Source: Candidatus Latescibacterota bacterium (GTDB lineage: Bacteria; Latescibacterota; UBA2968; UBA8231). Taken from it: a DNA stretch of 64,000 nucleotides. Below are positions 28,702 through 37,237 of this stretch, one piece after another. Location of the stretch: positions 1,312,001-1,376,000 of the forward strand of contig CBDCXV010000001.1 of NCBI GenBank assembly GCA_965223905.1, given 5' to 3'. The notes beneath the pieces are model-generated. The model was not told the DNA's origin and did not search any database. It saw only the letters and a program-made list of their open reading frames with translations. Each line of letters begins with the position of its first letter. The stretch's first letter is position 1. Made by a program: the position numbers and the translations under genes.

Positions 28702-30057
28702 CTACGGGTCCGCCTCGACGGCCGGCTTTTCGAGCTGCACCTCGAGGAGCCTGAAACCCCCCGGTCCCAGGTCGAGGAGGGTGCGGCCGCCGGTTCGCGG
28801 CAGATCGGTCCCGGAGACGGCGTCGCGCGCCGGCCCCGCAAGCTTCAGGGCAACCTGCCGGCCGCGGTGGCTCTGCCTGTTGGCGACCAGCAGGTGGGTG
28901 GCGGTGGTACCGTCTCCGAAGAAGCCGAGCTCGAGGTCGGGATCGCTGGCCCTGACCAGGTCGTTGTCCGGCAGGTCGCCGGCTTCCCAGCCGCCGTGGA
29001 AGTGCAGGTCCCGCAGGTGCGCGCTCAGGCGGGCAAGCTGGTCGTTCAGCTCCTTGACGGCGCCGTAGGTCGCCGTCGGCGCGCCGTCGCGGTCGACGAT
29101 CCCCTCGTAGAAGCGCTCCTGCACCAGGTGGCCGTCCCCGTCCCGGATCCACTCCCAGCCGGAGCTGTAGAGGAAGTAGACGATGCCGGAGGCGCCCCGG
29201 GACAGGGCGAGGCCGACCTGCACGGCGACCTCGCCGGCAGTCGGCTTGCGGTAGTAGGGGCCGCTCGAGCCGAGCCCGTCCCGCGTTTCGCCGTGCACCT
29301 GGACGATGGCGTGCCAGCGCCCGTGCCGGTCCTGCAGATAGCGCGCCAGCCGTCCGTACCCCGCCACCAGGGCGTCGAGCCGTTTCCGCAGCTTCCTGCC
29401 CGAGGCCGGCACGTCGTCGCGGAAGATGTAGTGCTCGTGCTGGAAGATGTTGGCGGCCCCGCCCTCGGCGAACAGGGCGTCGAGGAAGCGGCCGACCTCG
29501 GGGAAGTGGTCGATGTTGCCGACGCTGATCGCCGGGCGCTGCGGATCCTCCTGCCCCAGTACGCGCACCGTGTTCCCCAGCGCCTTGTAGTAGCGGGCGC
29601 GGTAATCCTCGTGTCCGATCAGGTAGCCGGTGAACCCGGGGGCCGCGCCCCAGTGCTGTTTCAGCGCCTCCACGCGTTCGCGGACCGCGGCGTCGAAACC
29701 TGCTTCGACGCCTTCCATGACGGCGAAGTCGCGCAGCTTGTCATCGCGGGTGAACCCGGGGGGCGGGTAGTAGACCGGCATGCCGAGGCCGGCCTCGCCG
29801 GCGAACGACATGGCGACTTCCTCGGCGGTGGAGTCGCCGATCCGGACTTCCTGCAGCCACTCGATATGGTTGAAGCCGATGTCGGAAAGCAGCTGCCGGT
29901 CCCCGGCGTCGAAGCGGAAGCTGTCGAGGCCGGCCGGCAGCCAGGTCGACAGGGTCAGGTCCCCCACCGGCAGCCGGCTCGGTTCGTAGCGGCTCACTGC
30001 AGGATTGGTCAACTGGCAAGCGGCGAGCAGTACGGCCGCGAGCAGGCCGCACTTCAT
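28702..30057 (-). CDS. Hypothetical lipoprotein, possibly with a glycosidase-like TIM barrel
   Basis: Lipobox LAAC; GYLIGHE and ALSRGASGIVYFLY segments. Confidence 0.6.
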   Translation of the reverse strand: MKCGLLAAVLLAACQLTNPAVSRYEPSRLPVGDLTLSTWLPAGLDSFRFDAGDRQLLSDIGFNHIEWLQEVRIGDSTAEEVAMSFAGEAGLGMPVYYPPPGFTRDDKLRDFAVMEGVEAGFDAAVRERVEALKQHWGAAPGFTGYLIGHEDYRARYYKALGNTVRVLGQEDPQRPAISVGNIDHFPEVGRFLDALFAEGGAANIFQHEHYIFRDDVPASGRKLRKRLDALVAGYGRLARYLQDRHGRWHAIVQVHGETRDGLGSSGPYYRKPTAGEVAVQVGLALSRGASGIVYFLYSSGWEWIRDGDGHLVQERFYEGIVDRDGAPTATYGAVKELNDQLARLSAHLRDLHFHGGWEAGDLPDNDLVRASDPDLELGFFGDGTTATHLLVANRQSHRGRQVALKLAGPARDAVSGTDLPRTGGRTLLDLGPGGFRLLEVQLEKPAVEADP

Positions 30058-30410
30058 CGCAGTCTGGGATTGCCGGCGTGACGGTCGCGGTCGCGGCTCG
30101 TCTTCCTGTGCAGGGCCCGGTCGAAGGCTTCCTGAAGGTCGACGCCGGTCTGGTTGGCCAAGCAGATCAGCACGAACAGCACGTCCGCCATTTCCGCGCC
30201 CAGCTCGGACAACCCCGCCTCTTCCCCCGCCTTGAAACTCTGGTCCCCGTAGAGGCGGGCCATCAGCCTGCTTACCTCGCCGACTTCCTCCGCCAGTATG
30301 GCGGTGTTCGTCAGCTCGGAGTAGTAGCGTATCCCGACGGTGCGAATCCACTCGTCGACCTGCCGCTGCAGCTGTGGGAGAGTCGGACCGCTGCCGTCCT
30401 CAGGCGGCAA
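30054..30410 (-). CDS. MazG-like nucleotide pyrophosphohydrolase (YpjD-like)
   Basis: LAEEVGEVSR...EMADVLFVLICLANQTGVDL. Confidence 0.92.
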   Translation of the reverse strand: MPPEDGSGPTLPQLQRQVDEWIRTVGIRYYSELTNTAILAEEVGEVSRLMARLYGDQSFKAGEEAGLSELGAEMADVLFVLICLANQTGVDLQEAFDRALHRKTSRDRDRHAGNPRLR

Positions 30411-31518
30411 TTTCGCTCTCTCCGTCGGCGCGGCGCCGGGCGTTGATCTGGTCGATCTGCCAGGGGACCACCGAGCCGTCGGCGCGGAAGCGGTCGTAGT
30501 AGCCGGCTTCGCTGCGGCATACCGGCATCAGCGGCGGCTGCCTGCGCGCAGCCGACAGCTGCGCCTCGTCGAGGGTTGCGCCGCTGGCGAGATCGACGAC
30601 CTCGATCTCCTTCACGTCGGCGGTTCCGAGGCCGCGTTCGGCCGCTGCCCGCAGGTAGGGAGTGACCGTGGGATCGAGACCCATGAGCCAGGTCGCCACC
30701 GCGTCGACGTGCACCTCGTTGACCCCGGCCACGGTCCAGCCGAGCGGGTGGTTCTCCCCCTCGTTGAAGGCGGTGCCGTCACGGCCGATGAGGCCGTCGA
30801 CGATGCAGAGCCGCGGCATCCCCAGGCTGCGCACCGCGACTACGAGGTCGCAGAGCTTGTCGTAGAAGCGATCCTCGAAGAGGCTGAGACCGGTCTCGGT
30901 CAGGCGCCACAGATCCTCTCCGAGCGGCTCGTCGATCACCTGGGTGGCGCACAGGTGCCGCTCCGGCCTGCCGATAACCCCCATCAGGTTCTTTATCGCC
31001 AGGGTCGTGCATCCGAGGTTGTGGCACTTGGCCAAAGGGACGTTGAGAAGGAAGCTGCAGTCGGTTACGTCCGCGTAGATCGGGTAGCTGTCGTAGACTA
31101 CCCCGCCGTTTACGGGGACCGGCCGGGTCGGTTCGTCGTTGAGGCACTTCAAGCCGATCCCGCGTTCCTCCGCCAAGTCGGCGTACCCCGCCCCCTTCCA
31201 GGTGAACCCCTCGTCGGGGTTTTCACCCGACTGGCCGTCCGCCACCAGCAGGCGGTCCGCGGCGACACCCCGGTCGAGCAGGAAATCGGCGATACCGGCG
31301 AGGAACCCCGGGTGGGTGACTACGCGGACGTCGGCGGGGTAGAGCACCGTCGCGTTCGGCTTGATGGTGATGAGGCCGGAAGGTGGAATCGCCGGCTCGA
31401 GGGCATCGAGGGCATCGAGGGCATCGAAGGCGAGATCCCGGTAGGCGTCGAAGGGGGCGGTATTCCCTTCGATCCCGGTGCGCAGGAGGTAGACTTTCTC
31501 TTCGTGCAGTCCGGTCAT
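30400..31518 (-). CDS. DUF362 domain protein
   Basis: IKPN, THP, NVPLAKCH, TLAIKNLMG, IVDG and VDAVA motifs. Confidence 0.88.
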   Translation of the reverse strand: MTGLHEEKVYLLRTGIEGNTAPFDAYRDLAFDALDALDALEPAIPPSGLITIKPNATVLYPADVRVVTHPGFLAGIADFLLDRGVAADRLLVADGQSGENPDEGFTWKGAGYADLAEERGIGLKCLNDEPTRPVPVNGGVVYDSYPIYADVTDCSFLLNVPLAKCHNLGCTTLAIKNLMGVIGRPERHLCATQVIDEPLGEDLWRLTETGLSLFEDRFYDKLCDLVVAVRSLGMPRLCIVDGLIGRDGTAFNEGENHPLGWTVAGVNEVHVDAVATWLMGLDPTVTPYLRAAAERGLGTADVKEIEVVDLASGATLDEAQLSAARRQPPLMPVCRSEAGYYDRFRADGSVVPWQIDQINARRRADGESEIAA

Positions 31519-31538
31519 GGCCGCAACGTAGCAGAAAC

Positions 31539-31573
31539 AAAAAAGCAGTCAAGGAATCCCCTGACTGCTTTTT
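31539..31573. terminator. Bidirectional terminator hairpin downstream of murA
   Basis: AAAAAGCAGTCA...TGACTGCTTTTT. Confidence 0.75.
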
Positions 31574-31616
31574 CGAAGGTGCTGTCGAGCCGCGGCGAGT
31601 TACGCCTCGATCGCGG

Positions 31617-32897
31617 CTAGATACGTTCGAGCGCGGCTCCGAGTCCCCGCAGCCGCTCCGCGAGATCGGCGTGGCCGCGGTCGAGCTGGTACAGGTTCGT
31701 GATGCAGGTGCGCCCCTCGGCCGCGAGTCCGGCCAGCAGGCAGGCGCCGCCGGCGCGGATGTCTTCGGCGCGCACCCGCGCCCCGTGCAGCTTGGCCGGC
31801 CCGTGGACGATGACGAGGCGGTCCTTTTCGGGGGACAGGTTGGCGCCGAATGCGCGCAGGTTCTTGACGTGCCCGAAGCGATCCTCGAACACGGTCTCGC
31901 GGATGTAGCTGTCGCCGTCGGCGACGCAGGCGAGGGCGGTGATGCTCGGCTGCAGGTCGGTCGGAAATCCGGGATAGAAGGTCGACACGACGTTGATGGG
32001 CTGCAGGGGGTCCGGTCCGGTGACGCGAACGAGGTCTCCCTCGCCGCGCACCTCGACCCCCATCTGCACCAGCTTGGCCTCGAAGATGTCGAGGTGGTGC
32101 CTGACGACGCCGCGCAGGGCCACGTCGCCCCCGGTGATCGCGGCGGCCATCATCAACATGCCGGCATCGAGGCGGTCGTACATGACCGTGTGCTCGGCGC
32201 CGTGGAGCTTGTCGACGCCGGTGATGTGCACGGTGCGCGAGCCGACGCCCTCGACCTTGGCCCCCATCTTGGTCAGCAACGCGGCGAAGTCGGAGATGTC
32301 GGGATCGGAAGCGGCGTTGACGATGACCGAGTCCCCCTCGGCGAGACTGGCGGCCATCACGAGGTTCTCGACCCCGGTGTGGCTCGGCAGGTCGAGGTAC
32401 ATCCTGGCGCCGCGAAGATTCTCCGCCCTGACGTCGTAGCCGCCCGAGCCGGTGCCTGAACCGGTGCCTGAAATGGTGGCCCCCATGCGCGCGAACCCGC
32501 GGTAGTGGTAGTCCGTCGGCCTGGCGCCGATCGAGCAGCCGCCCACCTCTTCGATGGTGACTTCCCCGAAGCGGCTGAGAAGAGGGCCCACAAAAAGCAG
32601 CGATGCCCGCAGCCGGTGCGACAGCTCGCCGGGCAGCTCGGTAGTAGAGAGGGTGGTCGCGTCGATCACGGCGACCCCCTCGTCGGGCTCGTAGTCGACG
32701 CGGGCCCCGAGGCGGCGCAGGATCTCCAGGGCCAGGAGCACGTCCTTCACGGGCGGGACGCGGTGCAGTACGGTCTGTCCGCTTTCGGCGAGAATCGACG
32801 CGGCGATCATCGGCAGAGCGGCGTTCTTGGAACCCTGGACCAAGGCTTCCCCGGCCAGGGGGGTTCCACCTTCTATGTAAAGAGATTCGGTAGCCAT
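31617..32897 (-). CDS. murA: UDP-N-acetylglucosamine 1-carboxyvinyltransferase
   Basis: GSKNAALP, LRAS, GGCSIGARP, YPGFPTDLQP, ETVFEDRF and DIRAG motifs. Confidence 0.95.
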   Translation of the reverse strand: MATESLYIEGGTPLAGEALVQGSKNAALPMIAASILAESGQTVLHRVPPVKDVLLALEILRRLGARVDYEPDEGVAVIDATTLSTTELPGELSHRLRASLLFVGPLLSRFGEVTIEEVGGCSIGARPTDYHYRGFARMGATISGTGSGTGSGGYDVRAENLRGARMYLDLPSHTGVENLVMAASLAEGDSVIVNAASDPDISDFAALLTKMGAKVEGVGSRTVHITGVDKLHGAEHTVMYDRLDAGMLMMAAAITGGDVALRGVVRHHLDIFEAKLVQMGVEVRGEGDLVRVTGPDPLQPINVVSTFYPGFPTDLQPSITALACVADGDSYIRETVFEDRFGHVKNLRAFGANLSPEKDRLVIVHGPAKLHGARVRAEDIRAGGACLLAGLAAEGRTCITNLYQLDRGHADLAERLRGLGAALERI

Positions 32898-33041
32898 CAG
32901 CCCTCAGAAAATGGCAGGGACGGGGGGACGCGGTGAAGCGATCCTGCCGATTGCGGGGAGGGATGTGGGGGTAAGCATTTCCCAAGATACCATAACGGCC
33001 CCGTTGGAGTCAATCGGTAAAATTCGACGTAACACCTTGGG

Positions 33042-33069
33042 TTGACAAGTAGATAGGTGTGGGTATATT
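33042..33069 (+). promoter_or_regulatory. Sigma70-like promoter
   Basis: TTGACA-N16-TATATT upstream of the glutaredoxin-like gene. Confidence 0.55.
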
Positions 33070-33138
33070 TCAACACTTTCCGGCCTCGAAGGGCAGTTGG
33101 TTCGAGGCCGACGACGCCCACGAATGGAGGACAGATCG

Positions 33139-33408
33139 ATGACAGACCAACCGGAAATCACGGCGTACCTGAAGCCGGTGTGCGGCTGGAGCGCCGGAGT
33201 GCGGGGAGTATTCGCCAAGTATGGCCTGCAGTACGAGGACAAGGACATCATCAACAATCCCAACAACTACGCCGAGATGGTGCAGAAAAGCGGCCAGCCG
33301 CTTTCCCCGTGCGTCGAGGTCAACGGCGAGATGCTCGCCGACGTCAGCGGCGAAGAGGTCGAGGCCTGGATGCTGCAGAAAGGGGTTGTAGAACCGGTAA
33401 ACGCCTGA
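33139..33408 (+). CDS. Glutaredoxin-like protein (monothiol CGWS)
   Basis: YLKPVCGWS...KSGQPLSPCVEVNG; GGAGG RBS. Confidence 0.85.
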   Translation: MTDQPEITAYLKPVCGWSAGVRGVFAKYGLQYEDKDIINNPNNYAEMVQKSGQPLSPCVEVNGEMLADVSGEEVEAWMLQKGVVEPVNA

Positions 33409-33444
33409 GGCGAAACCCGGTTTCTCAAATCGGCTTCCGGCCGG

Positions 33445-34014
33445 CTACTGATCGAGCAGCCGGCCGAGAAGCCGACTCATTCCCTCGACAATATTGGGCT
33501 GCTCGTGATTGAGCGGCCCGTTTTTTTGTGAGCGGATCAGGGTCAGGGCGCCGAGCGGGCGGGCGCCGCCGCCGGCCAGGGGGAGCACATAGACGAAGCC
33601 GACGTTGCCGCTGTCGTTCCCTCCGAGGATCACCTTGCCGAGATTGGGAGGCAGAGGTCCCTCGCCATCCCCGCTGCTTTCTCCCATGATCAGCAGCGGG
33701 GTGTTTTTTGCGAAGGCAGCCGCGGCCGTCGAGCGGGCATCGGCGCCGAGCCGCGCGCCGTAGAAGCTCTCCTGCCGCAGGGTATGCTCCAGCTCTCCGG
33801 CACGGCCGTCCCCCGCATGCACCGCGTGCAGGTGCAAGGTTCCGTCGCCGGCGATCCGTTCGTACACGATCGCGTCCGCGGCGTCGATTCCCATCAACAA
33901 CTCCATGCCCTTGCAGACCGCTTCGTCGGGGTCCATGGCGGAGAGCATATCGACGATGTGGGACGGAATCTCCATCGGCGCCGGCATGTTGAACGGAATC
34001 ACGGTGAGGGCCAT
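33445..34014 (-). CDS. Stand-alone GAF-like domain protein
   Basis: VYVLPL...PLGALTLIR pattern near the C-terminus. Confidence 0.6.
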   Translation of the reverse strand: MALTVIPFNMPAPMEIPSHIVDMLSAMDPDEAVCKGMELLMGIDAADAIVYERIAGDGTLHLHAVHAGDGRAGELEHTLRQESFYGARLGADARSTAAAAFAKNTPLLIMGESSGDGEGPLPPNLGKVILGGNDSGNVGFVYVLPLAGGGARPLGALTLIRSQKNGPLNHEQPNIVEGMSRLLGRLLDQ

Positions 34015-34155
34015 CGGTTCTCCTTGACAGGGTTGGGGGGCAATCGTAAGGTTTCCCGCTTCCACAACCCGTGTGGGAGCAGGGCTGATGCAGGTTGCCT
34101 GAATGGCCGGCAGGGCGGACAGCCGGCCCTCGCTATTTATAGCGATTTTTTCGGT

Positions 34156-34231
34156 GGCTCTTTAGCTCAGTAGGTAGAGCAGGGGACTGAAAATCCCTGT
34201 GTCCGCGGTTCGATTCCGCGAGGAGCCACCA
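34156..34231 (+). tRNA. tRNA-Phe (GAA)
   Basis: GGCTCTT acceptor stem, TAGCTCAGTAGGTAGAGC D-arm, CTGAAAA anticodon loop, GGTTCGATTCC T-arm and encoded CCA; 76 nt. Confidence 0.98.
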
Positions 34232-34247
34232 TCTTTCTCTACTATAA

Positions 34248-34290
34248 ACAGGCACTTACCTGCTACAAGGTGAGTGCCTGTGATTTTTTT
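34248..34290 (+). terminator. Terminator after tRNA-Phe
   Basis: ACAGGCACTTACC...GGTGAGTGCCTGT followed by a T-run. Confidence 0.8.
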
Positions 34291-34345
34291 GAGGCGTATA
34301 ATCACATTTTGGAGCCCATATCTCATTCGCCGCGCTTTACTCCGA

Positions 34346-37237
34346 TTAACCGGCTCCCAGTCCGGCGTGAAACGTCAGGAACGTGAACGCAAGGGTCTGC
34401 GAGCGATCTCTGCCCGCGAACACCTCGATGCGGCGGCGATCCACTCTTAAACCGATCTGGACCATCAGATTGTAGCCTACATACTGAGTCGAGTTCGACA
34501 GCTGCAAGGCGACGGACGTTTCGCGGTAGTCGCCGGTCGCGTCTCCCGGGTCCAGACCTGAGGCCCGCTCCGCGGCGGAGACCTCTTCCTGTTCGAGGTC
34601 GCGGAACATCAGCCGTTCCAATCCGACCTGAATGACGGACCGCCGCAGCAGCGGGACTTCGACCCGGGTGGAAAAGATCCCCGTCCACTCTGCGCGCTCC
34701 GCCTTCGGATCTTCCAGAAGTTTTACGATGCTGTACGGCGTGTCGTCCATGAACAGCTCGTGCTTGAACCGCGGTTTGAACGCTACACGCCCGATCCGGT
34801 AGACGTATTCGAGCTTGTTGATCAGACCGAACCGCCGGGTGTTCCGCGAGATCTCACGGCCGCCTCTGTCCGTCATGCCCCTGTCCCGCTGCCGGAAGAA
34901 CTCGAACATGACCTTGTTTTCCGTGTTGATGCCCGCGTCCCCGAATCGTTCGAACCCCAGCGACACCCTGTTCGCGAAGGTATTCTGCATCACTAGCGGA
35001 TCCCGGATATCCTTCATCAACCCCGGCGAACCCGGCGGTGTGCCGAGGACGACCTGGCCCGGCACCCACTGGATGAGGTCGTCGGCGATGTCGTCTTTTA
35101 CCAGCTTCACCACATCGTAGAAGGTGATATTCCCCAGTCTGGGGAGGCTCTGCTCATAGGCTACGATGCCGTAGGTGGTTCGATTGCGCTCCCCCGTGGA
35201 CGGCCGCCGAACCCTCTCGTGGCCGGCGGTGACCCTCAGCTCGGGCGAGATCCAGGCGCGCAGGTAGGCGTTGTGTCCTCGCCGGTCTCTCTTGTACGGG
35301 TAGTCCGGTTCGTCGTCGTTTTCGAACCGGTCTCCCCAGCCGTTGTTGTTCAGGTCCAGCGCGAAGAGGTACTCAGGGCGGTCCACGCTGTAGCGCAGGA
35401 AGGGTTCCTCGAAGTCCGGCAGGAAGTTGGGGCGGTTCGGCAGGCTGTTCTGGTTGAAATCGGGGATGAAGTCGTTGTTTTCATCGAGGCCGGGAAAGAC
35501 CGCCTCGTCGGCAAACCCCTCCGGCGTTCTCCCCCTCTGCCTTTCGTCGCCGGTGCGGCCGTCGTCGAACCGACGCTTCTGATCGTTTTTCCTGTCGTTG
35601 TCGTCGTTGTCGTCCACGAAGTCATAGGTGTGCCGGGACCTGGCTGGCTCTGAATCCGAGTAGTCCACGTTGCCGGCGCCGTCGACAAACCGCGAACTCG
35701 TGTCGTAGTCGGCGTCCATGCCGAAGGCCTCCCCGAAGAAAAAGAAGGGATGGAACCGTCGCGACACATTCACCATCCAGCCGGTGGAGGTGCGGTCTCC
35801 CCCGATTCCCGAGGAGGTGCGGTGGGTGTCGCGCTTCCGGTTGGGGTACTGCGTGAACTGGTGGTTGACGTTGAATTCCCCGTTGAATCTGAACCCGGCG
35901 ATGTCGCTGGCCTCCAGGGTGAGCCCGATGACCTGCGTCGCCGTGGGCAGGCCGTAGTCGAACACCACCACTCGCTGGTTCGAGTTGTCCTTGACGTTTC
36001 CCGAGGCCCGCGCCACCGTCCTGAACTGAGGCTGCTCGCCGAGGGGGTTGTTGTCTGTTTGCTTGTTCGAGGTGACCTCCACCTTGTAGTCGTTGCCCAG
36101 AGTGAGGCGGAAGCGGACCCTCTCGATGTTGTTGACCAGATCCGCGTCCGGGATGATGCTCTCCAGGTCGACCACATCCGGGTCTTCCTCCGAGAAGATG
36201 TACTCGAGCAGGATCCGGCTCGTCTCCCCCCGGCCCTCGGCCACCAGAAAGCCGTCCCGTTCCAAGCCGCCCTCGATCCGCGGCGCGAACCCGATGTCGC
36301 TGCCGACCAGAACGGTGTCCACCTGGCCCATCTTCGTCCATATCTCGACATCACTGGCGAACAGCGTCGGTCCGCCTTTTCCGTCTTCCGGAGAGTCGCC
36401 GGACAGCCGAAGAGCGATCCGGTCGATCCGACCGTCCAGCTGAGCCGTCGTCAGCTTGCCCGTGAAGGGGTTCCCCTCGAAGCGATCCGAACCACTCCTG
36501 CCGTTGTGGACGTTGACAACCGTGCCCCCGATCTTCACGGATTCGGTCACGTCCCAGGTCGCCCTGAGACCGATGAGGTTGGTGAAATTGTCGACCCAGT
36601 GGTAGATGGGGAAGCGAGGTGTGCCGACCAAAGGCAGGCTGATCCGCGAGATGAGCATGGTGGCGGCCATCCGCTCGGACCCGTAGTTGAACATGAGACC
36701 GTTGTAGGCGGTCTTGCGGAACGTCATCGGTGTCAGGGTGGCGTGGATTTCGTCTCCGATCATGACGGAGACGTGATGCTGACCCCTTGAGTCATGGGTG
36801 ACGACGAGGTGGCCGAAGCCGCTGTAATTCTCCGCCTGCAGGATACCGGAACCGCCAAAGGTGGCCGGCTGCGTCTGCCGCCAGTCGTAGACCAGCCACC
36901 CCCTTTTCAGCTGCCTGCCATACAGATCGTAGAAGTAGATCCCCTCCTGGCTCGGGTCCAGGTAGCGCTGGTAGATCTCCTCGCGGTAGTTGGCGTACTC
37001 CCACTGCGTCTTGTATTCGGGCGCCAGTTCCTGGGGTAGGTACCACTTGCGCAGAGAAGGGTACAGGACGTCAGTGCGGATGCTGGTTCCGGCCGAGTGA
37101 AACACCGGTTGACCGAGCTCCCGCCGTCCCAGACGGGCGCCGTATTCGTTCCGTGCGGCGGCGGATCCGGCTGCCGTCAGCACCGTAGCGGCCAGCAGCA
37201 TCATCCCGGCCGCCAGTATTGTGCCCCCACCTTTCAC
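34346..37237 (-). CDS. Large exported, probable outer-membrane beta-barrel protein with Asp/Asn-rich Ca-binding-like loops (paralog A)
   Basis: Signal peptide; DDNDDNDR, DENNDFIPDFNQN and DLNNNGWGDRFEND loops; amphipathic strands to the C-terminus. Confidence 0.7.
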   Translation of the reverse strand: MKGGGTILAAGMMLLAATVLTAAGSAAARNEYGARLGRRELGQPVFHSAGTSIRTDVLYPSLRKWYLPQELAPEYKTQWEYANYREEIYQRYLDPSQEGIYFYDLYGRQLKRGWLVYDWRQTQPATFGGSGILQAENYSGFGHLVVTHDSRGQHHVSVMIGDEIHATLTPMTFRKTAYNGLMFNYGSERMAATMLISRISLPLVGTPRFPIYHWVDNFTNLIGLRATWDVTESVKIGGTVVNVHNGRSGSDRFEGNPFTGKLTTAQLDGRIDRIALRLSGDSPEDGKGGPTLFASDVEIWTKMGQVDTVLVGSDIGFAPRIEGGLERDGFLVAEGRGETSRILLEYIFSEEDPDVVDLESIIPDADLVNNIERVRFRLTLGNDYKVEVTSNKQTDNNPLGEQPQFRTVARASGNVKDNSNQRVVVFDYGLPTATQVIGLTLEASDIAGFRFNGEFNVNHQFTQYPNRKRDTHRTSSGIGGDRTSTGWMVNVSRRFHPFFFFGEAFGMDADYDTSSRFVDGAGNVDYSDSEPARSRHTYDFVDDNDDNDRKNDQKRRFDDGRTGDERQRGRTPEGFADEAVFPGLDENNDFIPDFNQNSLPNRPNFLPDFEEPFLRYSVDRPEYLFALDLNNNGWGDRFENDDEPDYPYKRDRRGHNAYLRAWISPELRVTAGHERVRRPSTGERNRTTYGIVAYEQSLPRLGNITFYDVVKLVKDDIADDLIQWVPGQVVLGTPPGSPGLMKDIRDPLVMQNTFANRVSLGFERFGDAGINTENKVMFEFFRQRDRGMTDRGGREISRNTRRFGLINKLEYVYRIGRVAFKPRFKHELFMDDTPYSIVKLLEDPKAERAEWTGIFSTRVEVPLLRRSVIQVGLERLMFRDLEQEEVSAAERASGLDPGDATGDYRETSVALQLSNSTQYVGYNLMVQIGLRVDRRRIEVFAGRDRSQTLAFTFLTFHAGLGAG

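Noticed and set aside
31617-32897. Fosfomycin-resistant MurA variant
   Set aside because: The active-site Cys (GGCSIG) is retained.
34156-34346. Genomic island integrated at tRNA-Phe
   Set aside because: No integrase was seen, and no duplicated tRNA 3' end was noticed in the window.
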